Below the pieces are notes generated by a model that worked only from the letters and a program-made list of their open reading frames with translations, was not told the DNA's origin and did not search any database. From positions 355 through 64,354 of the forward strand of contig DATLSZ010000038.1 in assembly GCA_035533875.1 (NCBI GenBank): 64,000 nt of DNA, given 5' to 3'. Of this stretch, positions 27,751-37,341 are shown piece after piece. A program made the position numbers and the translations under genes. How positions within the stretch are numbered: position 1 is the first letter of the stretch; each line of letters starts with the position of its first letter. Origin of the DNA: Candidatus Acidiferrales bacterium. Its GTDB lineage: Bacteria; Patescibacteriota; Microgenomatia; Levybacterales; UBA12049.

Positions 27751-27826
27751 CGTCATTGCGAGCGACTGCAAGGAGCGCGGCAATCTCTTTTGGGATTGCT
27801 TCGTCGCCTTGTTTCTCGCAATGACG
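27751..27826. repeat. Nested-palindrome intergenic element (CGTCATTGCGAG ... GCAATC..GATTGC ... CTCGCAATGACG), copy 1
   Basis: 12-bp outer inverted repeat and inner GCAATC/GATTGC repeat. A 32-nt block is identical to copy 3. Confidence 0.9.
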
Positions 27827-27833
27827 GGGAAAT

Positions 27834-28358
27834 TTATTTTTTATTCTCTTTAAGATACTTTTTGAAACCATCTTCGTCGAGTTTTTCAACTTTTTGCAGT
27901 ACCGAGTCTTCAAGATTTTTTTGGTATGTCTCGAGTTTTTCTTGGACGGTTTTGTCTGATGTGCCGATGATTTTTGCTGCGAGGAGACCTGCGTTTTTTG
28001 CGCCGTTGATTGCAACAGTCGCGACCGGGATCCCCGGCGGCATCTGGACGATTGAAAGAAGGGAATCAAGACCATCCATATTTTTGGTTTTAATTGGCAC
28101 ACCGATGACAGGAAGCGAGGTGAGAGATGCAGTCATACCGGGTAAATGAGCAGAACCGCCTGCACCTGCGATGATGACTTGCAAACCATTATCTACTGCC
28201 TTTTTTGCGTATTCATACATCCGGTCCGGAGTACGGTGTGCAGAGACAATAGTTATTTCATAAGGGATGTTGAGTTCCTCCAGCATGTTGGCCGCCTCCT
28301 GCATAACAGGAAGATCACTGTCCGAACCCATGATTATTCCTACAAGTGGTTTATTCAT
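27834..28358 (-). CDS. purE: N5-CAIR mutase
   Basis: [14 protein letters not shown] and [10 protein letters not shown] motifs. Start moved to ATG at 28358; the track uses TTG at 28367. Confidence 0.92.
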   Translation of the reverse strand: MNKPLVGIIMGSDSDLPVMQEAANMLEELNIPYEITIVSAHRTPDRMYEYAKKAVDNGLQVIIAGAGGSAHLPGMTASLTSLPVIGVPIKTKNMDGLDSLLSIVQMPPGIPVATVAINGAKNAGLLAAKIIGTSDKTVQEKLETYQKNLEDSVLQKVEKLDEDGFKKYLKENKK

Positions 28359-28438
28359 AATTTTCAATTTTTAATGAATTTCCAATGATTCAATTTTCAA
28401 ATGTTTAAAACATTGAAAAATTGCTATTTGATTGAAAA
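28357..28438. repeat. AT-rich TTGAAAAT/ATTTTCAA word-palindrome element (sibling of 17691-17802)
   Basis: Shares the 19-mer ATAATTTTCAATTTTTAAT. Internal palindrome TTCAAATGTTTAAAACATTGAAAAA. Confidence 0.7.
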
Positions 28439-29566
28439 TTAAATCGATATTAGCTTTCTCGCCTTTACTGCATTATTATATACTTTTTTTATGTCGTCTC
28501 CAATGACGGTTATATGTCCCATTTTCCTTTCAGGTTTCGTGTCTTTCTTGCCGTAGATATGGATATACGCACCAGGGATTGCAAGCACTTTATCCATTCC
28601 TTTTACATCAACCGGTCCGAGGCGCTCGCCAAGAATATTTATCATCACAGCAGCTGGCACAAGCATGGCTGGGTTTCCGAGTGGTAATCCTGTTATTGCC
28701 CGGATATGCTGCTCAAATTGTGATGTCGCGCATGCTTCAGTCGTATAATGGCCACTGTTGTGGACACGGGGTGCTATCTCATTGATGAGTACTTCATTAT
28801 CCTTCGTAAGGAACATTTCGATACCAAAAACTCCTGCGCCGTGCAGATGCTCCATAGTTTGAATCGCAAAATTCTTTACTTTATCTGCGATTTTTTTATC
28901 AACGCGTGCTGGTGCGATCGTGGTGTGAAGAATATTATTTTTGTGAATTGTCTCAACGACCGGATAGGGGACGATTTCTCCGTCCATACTTCGCGCGATC
29001 ATGATCGCAAGTTCTTTGACGAAGGGTACGAATTTTTCAACGTACAGTTTGCGATCACCGAATTTTTCAAGTGCTTTATCAATATCTGCAGGTTTTTTTA
29101 TCAGTGCGTTGCCCCGTCCGTCGTATGCGTCAAAGCGTGCTTTGAGAAGAAAAGGATAGCCGAATTTTTTGACTGCAGTAAGAATATCAGTTTTATTTTC
29201 TACGGCAACATAAGGGGCGACAGGAACACCTACTTTGGTGAGAAATTCTTTTTGGGTAAATTTATTTTTAATCGTTTCTATTGTTTTGGGAGAAGGATTG
29301 ACCGGCATACCTTCTTTGACGAGTTCGGATAGCGTGTCGGTGTTGATGTGTTCTATTTCAACAGTGATATAGTCTGAAACTTTTGCGAGTTCACGTGTTG
29401 CTTTGGCATCACTGTAGCCTCCGGTAATCTCCCGATCCACCACTTGTCCCGCTGGAGATCCGGGTGTCGGATCGGTGACCGTGACGGTAAATCCCATGCT
29501 TTTGGCGGGTAATGCCATCATCTTTCCTAATTGTCCACCGCCGACAATCCCGATTCTATTTTTCAT
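28439..29566 (-). CDS. purK: N5-carboxyaminoimidazole ribonucleotide synthase (ATP-grasp)
   Basis: IGIVGGGQLGKMM N-terminus, ATP-grasp core and NEIAPRVHNSGH. Confidence 0.9.
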   Translation of the reverse strand: MKNRIGIVGGGQLGKMMALPAKSMGFTVTVTDPTPGSPAGQVVDREITGGYSDAKATRELAKVSDYITVEIEHINTDTLSELVKEGMPVNPSPKTIETIKNKFTQKEFLTKVGVPVAPYVAVENKTDILTAVKKFGYPFLLKARFDAYDGRGNALIKKPADIDKALEKFGDRKLYVEKFVPFVKELAIMIARSMDGEIVPYPVVETIHKNNILHTTIAPARVDKKIADKVKNFAIQTMEHLHGAGVFGIEMFLTKDNEVLINEIAPRVHNSGHYTTEACATSQFEQHIRAITGLPLGNPAMLVPAAVMINILGERLGPVDVKGMDKVLAIPGAYIHIYGKKDTKPERKMGHITVIGDDIKKVYNNAVKARKLISI

Positions 29567-29576
29567 AATTACTATT

Positions 29577-29653
29577 CGTTATTGCGAACGAAGTGAAGCA
29601 ATCCCAATCGAGATTGCTTCGTCACGCATTATCATGCGTTCCTCGCAATGACG
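29577..29653. repeat. Nested-palindrome intergenic element, copy 2 (divergent)
   Basis: CGTTATTGCGAACGAAGTGAAGCAATC ... GATTGCTTCGTC ... CTCGCAATGACG. Overlaps the last 10 codons and stop of purB. Confidence 0.85.
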
Positions 29654-31049
29654 TATTATTAGATACTTTATTAATTTCTTCAACCAACTTTTTTGCACGT
29701 TCCGGGGCAGTGCCGACATGAGATCGCACATCAAGAAGTTTTTCAATTTCCTCTTTTGACAGATATTTGGTTATCTTTTCATTTTTTTGCAGAAGCTCTC
29801 TCATCGGGTTTGGTTTGGCATCTGCGACTTCCTGCCATGCCTTCATGGAGATTTCCCGTAGAATTTCATGCATTTCTTGCCGGTCTGCACCCTTTTTAAC
29901 TGTTTCAATAATAATAAGTTCCGTTGCTGAAAACGGTGCGAATTTTTGCAGATTATTTTCTACTTGTCCCTTATGAACGATCAGTCCGTCAATTATGTTA
30001 TTGCTTGAAACAAGAATATCTTCAAGCGCCAGGAACATCTCGGGGATGTACGCACGTCTGTTGGCCGAGTCATCAAGTGTCCGTTCAAGAAGCGAAAGGG
30101 ATGCATTGTCCCAGGCGTTTTTCGAAAGGTTCTCCACAAATCTCGCAAGTGAGCAGATCTGCTCTGATTTCCGGGGATTTCGTTTGAACGGCATAGCGCT
30201 TGAGCCGACTTGTTTGTTACCGAACGGTTCCTGCCATTCGCCGATTCCTGCTGACTGCATGAGGCGGACATCAAATGCGAATTTGTTGAGCGACTGAGCG
30301 ATAGAGCTTAGAAGTTGTGCTACGAACAGATCTGCTTTTCTCGGGCCGACTTGATTACTGATAAGTACAGGATCGAGTCCGAGCTTATTCATCACATTTT
30401 TTTCCATGTCTGTTGTTTGGGTTTTATCAAGAAGACTTGTATAGCTTGCCTGGGTGCCGACAGCGCCTTTGAAACCTTTTGCTCTGTAGCGTGATTTGAC
30501 AAAACGTAGCAGCGTGAGATCTTCGAGGAAATCCTGCGCGTAGATTGACAATCGATAGCCGACGGTTGTCGGTTCGGCCGGCTGCAGATGGGTATAGCCC
30601 ATGCAAGGAGTGTCGGCATATGTTGAGATTTGACTGGCAAATGACTTGAGTGTTTCTTTGAGTTTGGTTTCTATAATAGTGAGGGATTCGTTCATACGGA
30701 TAGAATCGGTATTGTCAACGATATCCATACTTGTCGCACCAAGATGGATTTTGCCCCCTCCTACCTTTGCTTTTTCGGCAAATTCTTTGATGGCCGCTAC
30801 GATATCATGTTTGGTCTCCTTCTCAATTTCCAATATTCTTTCGATGTCGATGTCGTTCTGATTTTTTTTCAGATCCTCAAGTTCTTCTTGTGATATTAGT
30901 CCGAGTCCGGTTTGTGCAGTTGCTAATTCGACCCAGATCCGTCGCATGATTTTGAATTTATTTTTTTCGGACCAGATGTGACGCATTTCTTCTGACCCAT
31001 AGCGCCAGGTAAAGGGGGATTGGTATGTGGTAAAGTTTTGTTTACTCAT
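29622..31049 (-). CDS. purB: Adenylosuccinate lyase
   Basis: Fumarate-lyase superfamily signature GSSAMPFKRNP. The C-terminal TSLRGTHDNA* is encoded by the repeat element. Confidence 0.9.
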   Translation of the reverse strand: MSKQNFTTYQSPFTWRYGSEEMRHIWSEKNKFKIMRRIWVELATAQTGLGLISQEELEDLKKNQNDIDIERILEIEKETKHDIVAAIKEFAEKAKVGGGKIHLGATSMDIVDNTDSIRMNESLTIIETKLKETLKSFASQISTYADTPCMGYTHLQPAEPTTVGYRLSIYAQDFLEDLTLLRFVKSRYRAKGFKGAVGTQASYTSLLDKTQTTDMEKNVMNKLGLDPVLISNQVGPRKADLFVAQLLSSIAQSLNKFAFDVRLMQSAGIGEWQEPFGNKQVGSSAMPFKRNPRKSEQICSLARFVENLSKNAWDNASLSLLERTLDDSANRRAYIPEMFLALEDILVSSNNIIDGLIVHKGQVENNLQKFAPFSATELIIIETVKKGADRQEMHEILREISMKAWQEVADAKPNPMRELLQKNEKITKYLSKEEIEKLLDVRSHVGTAPERAKKLVEEINKVSNNTSLRGTHDNA

Positions 31050-31056
31050 AATTATT

Positions 31057-31124
31057 CGTCATTGCGAGCGAAGCGCGGCAATCTCTTTTGGGATTGCTTC
31101 GTCGTTTCACTCCTCGCAATGACG
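31057..31124. repeat. Nested-palindrome intergenic element, copy 3
   Basis: CGTCATTGCGAGCGAAGCGCGGCAATCTCTTTTGGGATTGCTTCGTCG...CTCGCAATGACG, between purB and purH. Confidence 0.9.
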
Positions 31125-31128
31125 TGCG

Positions 31129-32685
31129 TTAGTGCCAAAAGGCACGGCGTCCGGTAAAGATCATTGGTATTCCTGCTTTGTCTGCTGCATCAATTGACTG
31201 CTGGTCATTGACCGAGCCGCCCTGCTGGACAACTGCTGCGATTCCATGTTTCACTGCAAGCTCTACACTATCTCCAAACGGGAAAAAGCTGTCTCCGACC
31301 AGAATACCGTCTTTAGTATACTTGCCTGCCTGCTCTATGGCAATCTTTGTCGAGCGGACACGAGAGGTCTGACCCGATCCGATACCACGAGTCATCGGGA
31401 TAGTTTTATCCATCACAAGTACGGTGTTGGATTTGATTTTGGTGATAAATTTCCAACCAATTTGCATTTGTTCCAGTTGTTGTTTGGTGGGCTTTTTCTT
31501 TGTCACGACCTGCCATTGTTTGAATGATTCATCGATGTCGATGTCGGCTGTTTGGAGCACAAATCCCCCGTCAATTGATTTCAGATTCCATTCGTCTGAC
31601 AAAGAGGGGATATCACCAAAGGAATAAATGCCCATTGATTTACGAACTTTTTGCAGGAATGCGAGAGCGTTTGGTTTGATAGACGGCACTGCGATGATAT
31701 CCATATTACCTCTCTTTGCATCTTTAAATCCGCCGATGACTTTTGCTGCCGCAAGATCCATGGGCTTGTTCAGAACAATTATACCGCCGAATGCCGATTC
31801 AGGATCTCCTTCAATCGCGTTGCTCAATGCTTCGTCCAATGTATTTCCCAGAGCCGCACCGCAAGGACTGTTGTGTTTGATCACTGCGGCGGCTGGTTGA
31901 TCAAATAATCGTACGACATCAAGACCGGCGTTGATATCAGTGACATTAACCAGTGACAGATCCCGACCCCAATGTTTGGTGAGATGATTAAACGGTGTTG
32001 CCACATTTGGTCTGGTATACACGGCACCTTTTTGATGGGGATTTTCACCATAACGTAAATCAATGAGTTTCCTTCCGGGAATGGTAATTTCTTGAGGGAA
32101 TATTGTTTCATCCATTTGTGATCTTAAGTACCATGCGATCTGGCTGTCATAAAAAGTGAGGTGGTCAAAAGCTTTTGCCTGGAGGTAACGGAGGAGTTTC
32201 ATGTCGATTTTTTTCGGCAGCGCATCAGTGACTGTTTGATAATCCGAAGGATCGGTAACAACTATGAGTCCATTTTTGGCTGCTGCGCGGATCATGGTCG
32301 GGCCGCCGACGTCGATGTTCTCTATTGCTGTTTTATAACTTACTTTTTTATCTGCGACGGTTTTTTCAAACGGATAAAGGTTGCAAACGACGATGTCGAT
32401 TTGCGGGATTTTTAGTTGTTTTGCTTCTGCTACATGTTTGGCGTTTGATCTATCATAGAGAAGCGCGGATTCGATTTGGAAACTGATGGTTTTCATCCGT
32501 CCATCAAAACTTTCGGGATTGCCGGTGATTTTCTGGATAGGAGTGATTTTGATGTTTGATTTTTCTAATTCTTTTGCGGTGCCGCCGGTGGAGATGATTT
32601 CGTAGCCTGCTTTGATAATTGCCTCGGCAAAGGGGACAATGTCTGTCTTGTCAGAAACACTAATGAGCGCGTATTTTTTACTCAT
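31129..32685 (-). CDS. purH: Bifunctional AICAR transformylase / IMP cyclohydrolase
   Basis: ALISVSDKT MGS-like N-terminal domain and C-terminal AICARFT domain ending RRAFWH. Confidence 0.92.
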   Translation of the reverse strand: MSKKYALISVSDKTDIVPFAEAIIKAGYEIISTGGTAKELEKSNIKITPIQKITGNPESFDGRMKTISFQIESALLYDRSNAKHVAEAKQLKIPQIDIVVCNLYPFEKTVADKKVSYKTAIENIDVGGPTMIRAAAKNGLIVVTDPSDYQTVTDALPKKIDMKLLRYLQAKAFDHLTFYDSQIAWYLRSQMDETIFPQEITIPGRKLIDLRYGENPHQKGAVYTRPNVATPFNHLTKHWGRDLSLVNVTDINAGLDVVRLFDQPAAAVIKHNSPCGAALGNTLDEALSNAIEGDPESAFGGIIVLNKPMDLAAAKVIGGFKDAKRGNMDIIAVPSIKPNALAFLQKVRKSMGIYSFGDIPSLSDEWNLKSIDGGFVLQTADIDIDESFKQWQVVTKKKPTKQQLEQMQIGWKFITKIKSNTVLVMDKTIPMTRGIGSGQTSRVRSTKIAIEQAGKYTKDGILVGDSFFPFGDSVELAVKHGIAAVVQQGGSVNDQQSIDAADKAGIPMIFTGRRAFWH

Positions 32686-32789
32686 TGATAATACTATTAT
32701 AACGTATCTTTCATAATAAATCCAGTTTAATTAAATGACTATGGGTTGAATCGAAAAGTGAGAATGCCAAACTTCCAGTGAACGTGCAG

Positions 32790-33596
32790 TTATTTCTTAA
32801 AATACTCCATTGCATTTTTGAAGAGCTGAAGACCCGGAGCGAAGTCAGGGAGCTTTTTCCCTTCATCAAGATATTCTTCTTTCAGTGATTGCCAATTAGG
32901 GAGTTGGGTGAAGAACATTGCTCGTTCCGGATGCGGCATGAGACCAAGAATTCTTCCGGATTCATCGGTGATGCCGGCGATGTCATCAATTGACCCGTTG
33001 GGGCTTGCCGGAAGATTGAGATACTCACACATTTCTCCTTTGAAGTACCGGAAAGCAACAAGCTTCTTTTTATTAATTTCCTTAAGTACTTTGTCTGTTG
33101 CATAGAGTTTGCCTTCACCATTGGACACTGGGATTGAAAGTGTTTTGATACCTTTTAACCAAGGTGAGTTGGGATTATCAACTTTCAGATCGACAAATCG
33201 TACGGTATAGCGGGGGATTTCATTGTGCATGAGGCCGAGTTCGCGGTTGCCGTACTCGGCTTGTAACGCGGGGAGTAAGCCGAGATTAACCAGTATCTGA
33301 AAGCCGTTACAGATGCCGATTACGAGTTTGTCTTCTTTGATAAATTGTTGTAGATCTTCCCAAAGATGATTTCTCAGCTTGTTGGCATAGGCATTGCCTG
33401 CTCCGGTATCATCGCCGTACGCGAATCCTCCACCAACTGCAAGGATCTGATAATCGGAGAGTTTGTACTTTCCGGCAATCAGATCATTGATATGCACGAT
33501 ATCACCGGTGCCGCCTGATGCTTCAAAAGCAAATTTTGTTTCTTCTTCACAATTCAGCCCGTAACCGGAAAAGACTAAGACTTTTGGTTTGTTCAT
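32790..33596 (-). CDS. purQ: FGAM synthase, glutaminase subunit
   Basis: GICNGFQIL catalytic Cys and PHPER motif. Start moved to ATG at 33596 (MNKPKVLVF); the track start is 33650. Confidence 0.85.
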   Translation of the reverse strand: MNKPKVLVFSGYGLNCEEETKFAFEASGGTGDIVHINDLIAGKYKLSDYQILAVGGGFAYGDDTGAGNAYANKLRNHLWEDLQQFIKEDKLVIGICNGFQILVNLGLLPALQAEYGNRELGLMHNEIPRYTVRFVDLKVDNPNSPWLKGIKTLSIPVSNGEGKLYATDKVLKEINKKKLVAFRYFKGEMCEYLNLPASPNGSIDDIAGITDESGRILGLMPHPERAMFFTQLPNWQSLKEEYLDEGKKLPDFAPGLQLFKNAMEYFKK

Positions 33597-33682
33597 ATAT
33601 TTTTTGTTTCGCTCGGAACGAAATTTTTTCTTGAATACAGACTTCGTCATCCATTCTGCGAAAAAAATTTATTCCTCGCTTT

Positions 33683-36600
33683 TTAATAATCTTTAAATGT
33701 ATCTCTATATGTGTTTGTTGCTTTTGTCAGATCGAAATTTACCAGTTCATGTTTTCCAGATTTTATGATAAGTTCGGGACTTTTCGTTACTTTTCCGATG
33801 AGCTGGAATGCATTGCCTTCCATTATTTTTTCAAACGCTGCTTTGTTGGTTGGTTTGATTGTTACGACGATCCGTCCCTGCGATTCGGCATAGAGTGCAT
33901 GATGGTCGGATGAAGTTTTGCCTGGCAGGTTATTCAGATCAACTTCCAATCCCAGCTGGCCGCCAATTGCAGTTTTTGCCAACGCAACGGCGAGTCCGCC
34001 TTTGGTTACTGAGATGCTTGAAGCAAGCAGTCTTTTTTGTACAGCGTTGTAGACAGCCAGATAAAGGTTGTAATTTTTCTTAGCATTAACAGAAGGTACC
34101 TGATTGCTCTGGAAATTTTTCTTTTTTTCCTCACTCAGCATCGCATAATATTCGGATCCGCCGAGCTCATCAAATGTTTCCCCCAGCACATAGATCAGAT
34201 CACCTGAATTTTTGACATCAAGTGAGACTACTGTTGTGATATCTTCCACAACGCCGATTGATGAGATAAGAAGAGTTGGAGGAATGGAAATTTTTACCGG
34301 CTCCCCTTTTTCGTTAAATCCATTAAAGTCATTGAACATGCTGTCTTTACCTGCGATATACGGCGTGCCGTACGCGACTGCGTAGTCATAACAAGCTTTA
34401 GCCGACTGTTTCAGCTGACCCAAGCGCTCAGGCTCAGTTGATGAACACCAAAAAAAGTTATCCAAGATTGCCAGGTAGTCAGGGTTTGCGCCGTTTGAGA
34501 CAGCATTTCTGATGGCAGTATCGATACTTGCCGCGGACATCTTATATGCATCGATTTCAGTATAGTTGGGATAAAAACCTTGTGAGAGAATCACGCCTTT
34601 TTGTGAAGATAATACCGGCCGGAAGACACTTGTTTCACCATTGACTCTGCCTTTGCCCTGAAGCGGTGGCAGTACCGAGTTCCCTTGCACAACATAATCG
34701 TATTGATTGCTGATAAAAGCATAACTTGTGATGTTAAGACGTGTTAGCATTGTTTCTAATGATGAAGTGAAGGTAGTTGTTTTCGGCAATGGCGGTTCAA
34801 CAAAAAGTGGAGGGTTATAGGTTGTCGTTGTCGGCCGCTGCGGCAAGCCGTAGTGCAAAAATTGCAAATCAATATCCATGATTGTTTTTTTATTGTAGTG
34901 AACGACACATTTGCCGGAGTCGGTGAATTTGCCAATGACACTTGTCTCTACTCCGCGGCTCTCCATAAGACCTACGAATTTTTTCAGGTTTTTCGGTGGA
35001 ACCGCAAGCGTCATCCGTTCTTGGGATTCAGATATCCATATCTCCCATGGTTCAAGTCCAGGATATTTCAACGGTACTTTTTCAAGATCTACAAGACAGC
35101 CGTTTGATTCTTTGGCCATTTCGGCAACCGAGCAGGAAAGTCCGCCTGCTCCGTTATCAGTAATACTGTTATAGAGAAGTAAATCACGGGCTTCTTTGAC
35201 GAGCGCGTCACTGAGTTTCTTTTGCGTTATCGGGTCACCTATTTGAACTGCTGTTGCCGGACTTCCCGTATCCATGGCTTCTGAAGAAAAGGTCGCTCCG
35301 TGGATGCCGTCTTTGCCAACGCGATTGCCGATGACGACGATATAATCACTCGGCATGGCTTTTTTGAGGTGAGAGAGTTTTCCTTTAATTTTTCTTGGGA
35401 TTAGCCCGATGGTTCCGACAATGACTAGCGGCTTTCCACGGAACCGCTCATCAAAATAGACAAATCCCTGCGGTGTCGGGATACCTGATTGATTGCCTCC
35501 TTCATTGACCCCTTGGATAACACCATCCATAATTCTTTTTGCTGAGAGCATTTTCTGCGTGAAGTTCGGACCTTTATACAACGGTACATCAACTCTCGGA
35601 TCCGCAAAACAAAACCCATAATAATTCGCAACAGGCTTGGCACCGAGACCAAATCCGATTGTATCGCGATTAACACCCACAATTCCGGTGATTGCTCCGC
35701 CGAAGGGATCAAGCGCTGATGGACTGTTATGTGACTCAGCTTTATGTGTCACGAGATATTCATCATCAAAAGCGATGCCTCCCGAATTATCCGTAAAGAC
35801 AGAGACACAAAAGTCGTCCTTTCCTTTGTCCTCACGGATCTTTTTTGTTGCACCCTGAATATATGATTTATATATACCATCTTTGATCTCATCCATCGGA
35901 TTTGCGAAGATGGTATGCTTGCAATGTTCTGACCAAGTTTGGGCAAGTGACTCTATCTCGATATCCCGTGGTTTTCTTCCGAGTTTTTTAAAATACTTTT
36001 GGATTGCTTTCATGAATGCCAGATCAAGCGCCAAGGGTCCTCGTCTTGTCCCGTCGGGATTGGCAATTCCTGCTTTGCCGATTTTTGCAAGTTCCTCGTC
36101 AGTTATATTCAGATCTACTTCATCAGCACTTGGCACTTTGGTGAGTTTGACATTTGGGGCGACCACATCCATACCACCGTCTTCTTCAAATTGTTTTCTG
36201 GATTTGATATGAGCTCTTTGGATCAGGGGATTATACATGCTGTTGGCAAGTTCCGTCACTTCATTTTCGGTAAGGCTGCCTTTGATAAACGTCACTTGTG
36301 AAGTGTATACTCGTTCTTCACCGTCAAATGTTATTTTGAGCAGATCCGTCGCGATTTCCTGTACAGTGTGTGACACATTATCGGTAACACCCGGCAAGTA
36401 GCCGATTTCGATTGCCCAGTCAAATTTATCAAGCGTATAGCGTTTAGCGTCTAGCGTATAGTTATTTTTTTCATTTATTAATTGATAAATTTGCGTAACC
36501 GGATTGCACAAAGCGGATGCGAGTTTGGAAAGATCATCACTTGAGAGTTTTTTATCAATAGTATAGATATCAAGAAGAAAAATATTTGTGATTTTTTTTG

Positions 36601-36685
36601 AGTTAATGATGTTGCTGAAAGTTTTTTGCCGGACGGCAGCGCGGGAGTCAAATACAGTCGTTGCAATCTCGATTCTTGTTATCAT
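33683..36685 (-). CDS. purL: FGAM synthase II with a long N-terminal extension (PurS-like region fused to PurL)
   Basis: 1000 aa against roughly 740 typical. HNSPSALDPFGGAITGIVGVNRD and duplicated AIRS domains. Confidence 0.88.
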   Translation of the reverse strand: MITRIEIATTVFDSRAAVRQKTFSNIINSKKITNIFLLDIYTIDKKLSSDDLSKLASALCNPVTQIYQLINEKNNYTLDAKRYTLDKFDWAIEIGYLPGVTDNVSHTVQEIATDLLKITFDGEERVYTSQVTFIKGSLTENEVTELANSMYNPLIQRAHIKSRKQFEEDGGMDVVAPNVKLTKVPSADEVDLNITDEELAKIGKAGIANPDGTRRGPLALDLAFMKAIQKYFKKLGRKPRDIEIESLAQTWSEHCKHTIFANPMDEIKDGIYKSYIQGATKKIREDKGKDDFCVSVFTDNSGGIAFDDEYLVTHKAESHNSPSALDPFGGAITGIVGVNRDTIGFGLGAKPVANYYGFCFADPRVDVPLYKGPNFTQKMLSAKRIMDGVIQGVNEGGNQSGIPTPQGFVYFDERFRGKPLVIVGTIGLIPRKIKGKLSHLKKAMPSDYIVVIGNRVGKDGIHGATFSSEAMDTGSPATAVQIGDPITQKKLSDALVKEARDLLLYNSITDNGAGGLSCSVAEMAKESNGCLVDLEKVPLKYPGLEPWEIWISESQERMTLAVPPKNLKKFVGLMESRGVETSVIGKFTDSGKCVVHYNKKTIMDIDLQFLHYGLPQRPTTTTYNPPLFVEPPLPKTTTFTSSLETMLTRLNITSYAFISNQYDYVVQGNSVLPPLQGKGRVNGETSVFRPVLSSQKGVILSQGFYPNYTEIDAYKMSAASIDTAIRNAVSNGANPDYLAILDNFFWCSSTEPERLGQLKQSAKACYDYAVAYGTPYIAGKDSMFNDFNGFNEKGEPVKISIPPTLLISSIGVVEDITTVVSLDVKNSGDLIYVLGETFDELGGSEYYAMLSEEKKKNFQSNQVPSVNAKKNYNLYLAVYNAVQKRLLASSISVTKGGLAVALAKTAIGGQLGLEVDLNNLPGKTSSDHHALYAESQGRIVVTIKPTNKAAFEKIMEGNAFQLIGKVTKSPELIIKSGKHELVNFDLTKATNTYRDTFKDY

Positions 36686-37341
36686 TATAACGTATTTATC
36701 AGCTCTATTGTAACAGATTTTAATGATTTTACAACCATATCAGCGTGTGAGAAATCGTGTTCTTTAGTGTACTCATTCGGTACCGCGATGATTTTCATAC
36801 CAGCAGTATGAGCGGAAAGAATACCTGTGTGTGTATCTTCTAATGCAAGACAATTCTCAGGTTCTACTCCCAATTGTTTGGCTGTATGCAAATAAATATC
36901 AGGGTGTGGTTTGTGTTTTCTCATTTCGCTCGGTCCGACAATCACGTCGAAATACTCTTTAACTCTCAGTTCATCAAGAATAAGATGAATATGCCCGATA
37001 TATCTATTTGACGCAAGTGCAAGTTTCAATTTACTCTTTTTAATTATATCTAGCAGTTCAAAAAAACCATCAAACGGTTTTAATCCTCCATTTTTTACCA
37101 GTTGTTCAAAAATAATACGTTTTTTTGCTTTTAATGTATCCGGGTCAAGGGGAAGCTGATATTTTGATATAAGGTTTGTATAATAAGTTTTTCCTGCTCC
37201 TCCAATCTGGTGAATGAGTCCATTATCATTCAATTGCGGTTTTTTTCCGAATTCTTTGACAATTTGTTCAAGGGCACGTGATTCGAGGATTTCGGTGTCA
37301 ACGATGAGACCATCCATGTCAAAGATTACTGCTTGTATCAT
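36685..37341 (-). CDS. HAD-superfamily hydrolase IA embedded in the pur operon
   Basis: FDMDGLIVDTE motif I. Overlaps purD by 4 nt and purL by 1 nt (TAATG). Confidence 0.8.
   Translation of the reverse strand: MIQAVIFDMDGLIVDTEILESRALEQIVKEFGKKPQLNDNGLIHQIGGAGKTYYTNLISKYQLPLDPDTLKAKKRIIFEQLVKNGGLKPFDGFFELLDIIKKSKLKLALASNRYIGHIHLILDELRVKEYFDVIVGPSEMRKHKPHPDIYLHTAKQLGVEPENCLALEDTHTGILSAHTAGMKIIAVPNEYTKEHDFSHADMVVKSLKSVTIELINTL

Noticed and set aside
27492-28149. Plus-strand ORFs 27492-27824, 27655-28149 and 28146-28388 overlapping purC/purE
   Set aside because: They are antisense to strongly supported pur genes or are translations of the palindromic repeat. Composition is low-complexity and no motifs are present.
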